Positions 61,210 through 64,000 of a DNA stretch of 64,000 bases are shown here, piece after piece. Origin of the DNA: Squalus acanthias (taxonomy: Eukaryota); the NCBI GenBank assembly GCA_030390025.1, contig CM059432.1, positions 60,204,001 to 60,268,000 on the forward strand, written 5' to 3'. Every line of letters starts with the position of its first letter. The stretch's first letter is position 1. A program made the position numbers and the translations under genes. Under the pieces are notes generated by a model. It worked only from the letters and a program-made list of their open reading frames with translations, was not told where the DNA came from and searched no databases.

Positions 61210-64000
61210 GGGCTCGATTTTAATTCCTGAGGCGGGTTGGAGTCGGGTTGCACGGCAGGCGGGTTCAGGAGCCGCTTCCGGCGGGAACAGCTGCAGAGTT
61301 GCGATTTTTATTTAAGTACCTTGTTAATTTCATGGAGGCGCACTGGCCGGTCCAATGAGTGGGATCGGGTCGGCTGGCCATCTCTGATGACTTCACAATA
61401 GCAGCTCCTTTTAAAGCTGCCTTTCAGCCTGAGCCTTTCCATTGTGGTTTCCTGCACTTCTGTTCACAGCTATGATTTCTTCCAGAGGCAAGGCAGCTCC
61501 TCGGTTTAATGAAGAGTCCCTCCAAGTTCTTGTCAATTCTGTCAGAGGGCGCAGGGAGATTCTCTTCCCTCCTGATGGCCGGAGGAAGCCTCCTCAGCAG
61601 ACCAAGGCATCCTGGCTGCGCATTGCTCAGGAGGTGAGCGCAAGGTGCATCTATACACGCTAATGGATCCAGTGCCGCAAAAGGTTTAATGATCTTGTGA
61701 GAACATCAAAAGTGAGTATCCTATCTCACTTGCCTTCACTCTGCTTCCCTTCTCTTCTCATCACCTGCACTCTGCTTTGGAAGCCTCCTCCTTCACATCC
61801 CACCTTACTCTTAGTTCCCTTGCACCCTTTCCTATCCATCTCTGTCTCTGCACTGAATCACTTCAGCATCCAGCCTATGCATCCTTTAGACTCGCTGTCA
61901 CTGTCATGCAGTGACAACAACTAACAATGCACAGGGAGCTACCTTCCTCTTCGCACCTTACCCCATCTTCGTCTCAAATCTTCTATGGTAGGGATTAATC
62001 ACACTCACTCCATCACTGTGGCTGAAACACCGCTTGTGTCCCTCCTTGCAGGAAAAGATAGCCCACAATAAGAGGGAGAGAGCAATGACTGGAGGAGGAA
62101 CAGCTTCCCTTGCAACATTGACCAGTGCTGAGGAGGCAGCGAACGAGATTGTTGGAGGTGGCGAGGACCTGGAAGTGGGTGATGGAGAGACGGGCACACT
62201 AGAGGAAGCTGGTGACATAATAGATTTTCATCCCTCTCAGAAAGCAATGCAATATGATGTTCATAGAAAATCACTTTGTATCATCTGCTCAAAAGGATGT
62301 GTCTGCTACATCAATATCAGATGTCTAATTCAAGCCTTTACTCTCCCACCGGATCATCGAGCGCCCCCCTCCCCACGATCCAGGACGAAGACCCGGACAT
62401 CTCCTCAGAGGAACCTGAAGACTCTGAGGGACCAGCATCACCAGGACTCAGTGCACCCAGCACCAGCGCAGCAACGCACACCTCGGTGGGGCCCTCGCGA
62501 GTTAGTGTAGTGTTGCCACCTGGTCTATCACAGCGCAAAAGTGAGACAGCGACAGCAGTGGAGGGTCCTCATCAGAGGTCGCAGGGCTCTCCTAGCTCTG
62601 CTGAGCTGCATGCAGACGCTGTGCCTCTGGGGCCATCCAGAAAAAGAGCGGTTCGTGAAATACAGGAACAAGTGCAGGTGTCTCTGGAAGAGTTTGCCTC
62701 CAGGGTTAGTGCGAGTGTGGAGAGAATGGAGGAGTCCATCTCTAACATCAGCACTGCCGTGGTGGTGGCAATGGCGCATGACTGCACCACCATGGATAGG
62801 ATGGCAATCTCCGTGGAAAGGATGGCTACCTCAGTGGAAAGGATGGCTATGGCCATGGAGGAAATAAGTCACCAGAGTCAGGAAAACATGGTGACTGTTC
62901 AGAATAGACTGACATCTCTGGAGGAGCGATGGGCAGCTATTAAGCAGAGAGACCAGAGCTTCATGGACGTCCTTTTGCGGAGGACTGCCAGTGCAGATAC
63001 GGGTCCTCATGGCCCCCCTGAAGTGCAGCAAGGTGCTCTCCTGCCACTTGCCAGCACTGAGGTGCGGCTGACCCATGAGAAGGATGTTGTTGGCAGGACA
63101 GAAGGAAGTGTGGGTTCCTCTCAAAGCACTCGCATGACAATGCCACTATGGAGCCCTCGGTCAGAGACCCACTTTGCAGAGACAACTGAGATGGCCGTTT
63201 CAGCCCCTGCACAGCCGCAGGAAGAGCAGACTGTTGAAGAGCCCTCCCAGGCTCCCAAACCCAGAGGACGCCCGCCAAAGGCGTCTAAGCAGGCGCAGCA
63301 TCCTAGTCAGCAAGGTGCCTCTACATCTGCTGAAGCCACAGGGGAAGCACCATGTAGAAGCACGCGTAAGAGAAAAAGTAAGCACCTATAGTCACAAGGG
63401 GACTTGGGTGATGTTTCTTTTTTTTCTGACTGTTGTTGGTATATTTTGTCATGTGTTAAAGAGAAATTATGGCAAACAGTTGATTGTGTGGCCTATGTGT
63501 TCTGGGAAGTGGCAAAAGTGCATTGAGGGTTCAGGGCGACTTACATTTGTAATGCTGATGGTAACAGTGATAGGAAATAAGAGACTATAGCAGAGATGAA
63601 GTATGATGTTGGACAAGTGCAATTACAGAGCCATATGGTGGCCACCTATGGTCGAAGAGTAAGCGTATGGTAGTGTGGCATGGCAGTGTGCATACCCTGG
63701 TTGATGGGCAGCAGTGAACTGGAGGGATGCTGCATTGGTCACAACAGGGCATGCAAGGCTCCCCTCGTCCTCGTCCTACTCCTCTTCCCAGGAAGATATG
63801 TGGTGAACCACGTGGCTTCTACTCCCCCGATTATGAGGACCAGGATGAGAGGGCATAAATGTTTCCCATCCCCTTGCTATAGATTTCAATTGAGGTAACA
63901 ATCTTGCAAGCGCACAGTCGAAGTGGCCTGAAATAATTCCATTCATGACACACTGCAGATGGGTGTCAGCTTGAACAGTCAGAAGATCAGTAGATGTGCA
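61210..64000. mobile_element. PIF/Harbinger family A copy 2, transposase core deleted (right end outside window)
   Basis: Left TIR GGGCTCGATTTTAAT; Myb gene (+); 63660-63812 matches 1430-1634 and 63812-64000 matches 3878-4058. Confidence 0.92.
61472..63391 (+). pseudogene. Three-exon Myb/SANT partner gene (61472-61711, 62052-62211, 62352-63391; 479 codons if repaired)
   Basis: APRFNEESL..SWLRIAQEV..R*WIQCRKRFNDLVRTSK|GTGAGT; exon 2 HNKRERAMTGGG; splice phases 0 and 1 join in frame. Lesions: TAA 61661-61663 and exon-3 acceptor CG instead of AG (AG in copy 1). Confidence 0.9.

Noticed and set aside
1..64000. Segmental duplication between the window ends (1-4058 vs 62201-64000)
   Set aside because: Copies are visibly diverged with different lesions, and homology is confined to transposon sequence; dispersed copies explain it.
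1..64000. CRISPR array, operon or prokaryotic defence system
   Set aside because: No regularly spaced repeat-spacer array; content is vertebrate transposable elements with spliceosomal introns.

Overview
Eukaryotic, repeat-dominated intergenic or intronic DNA. The repeat set (CR1 LINEs with SGNH-esterase ORF1, DeuSINE/SacSINE1-like SINEs, Penelope GIY-YIG fragments, RTE LINEs) points to a cartilaginous fish; this is inferred from repeats only. No intact host gene could be recognised. The main feature is a dense, multi-family set of PIF/Harbinger DNA transposons: two-gene elements (DDE transposase convergent with a 3-exon Myb/SANT gene) at 1-4468, 50404-54394 and 61210-end, plus deletion derivatives and MITEs. 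Their 3-bp TSDs vary (TTT, ACT, ATT, AAC, AWA) while the flanks trend toward a palindromic AGACAC-NNN-GTGTCT target, and two different families sit at the same base of a Penelope terminus. Other points: a five-level nested insertion (36.5-43 kb), both RTE copies inside Harbingers, a 222-bp solo LTR with a CTCF-like motif, an LF-SINE-like element, two hAT MITEs with perfect 8-bp TSDs, and a few weak candidate host exons. All transposon genes appear disabled. Family names come from motif recognition, not database searches.
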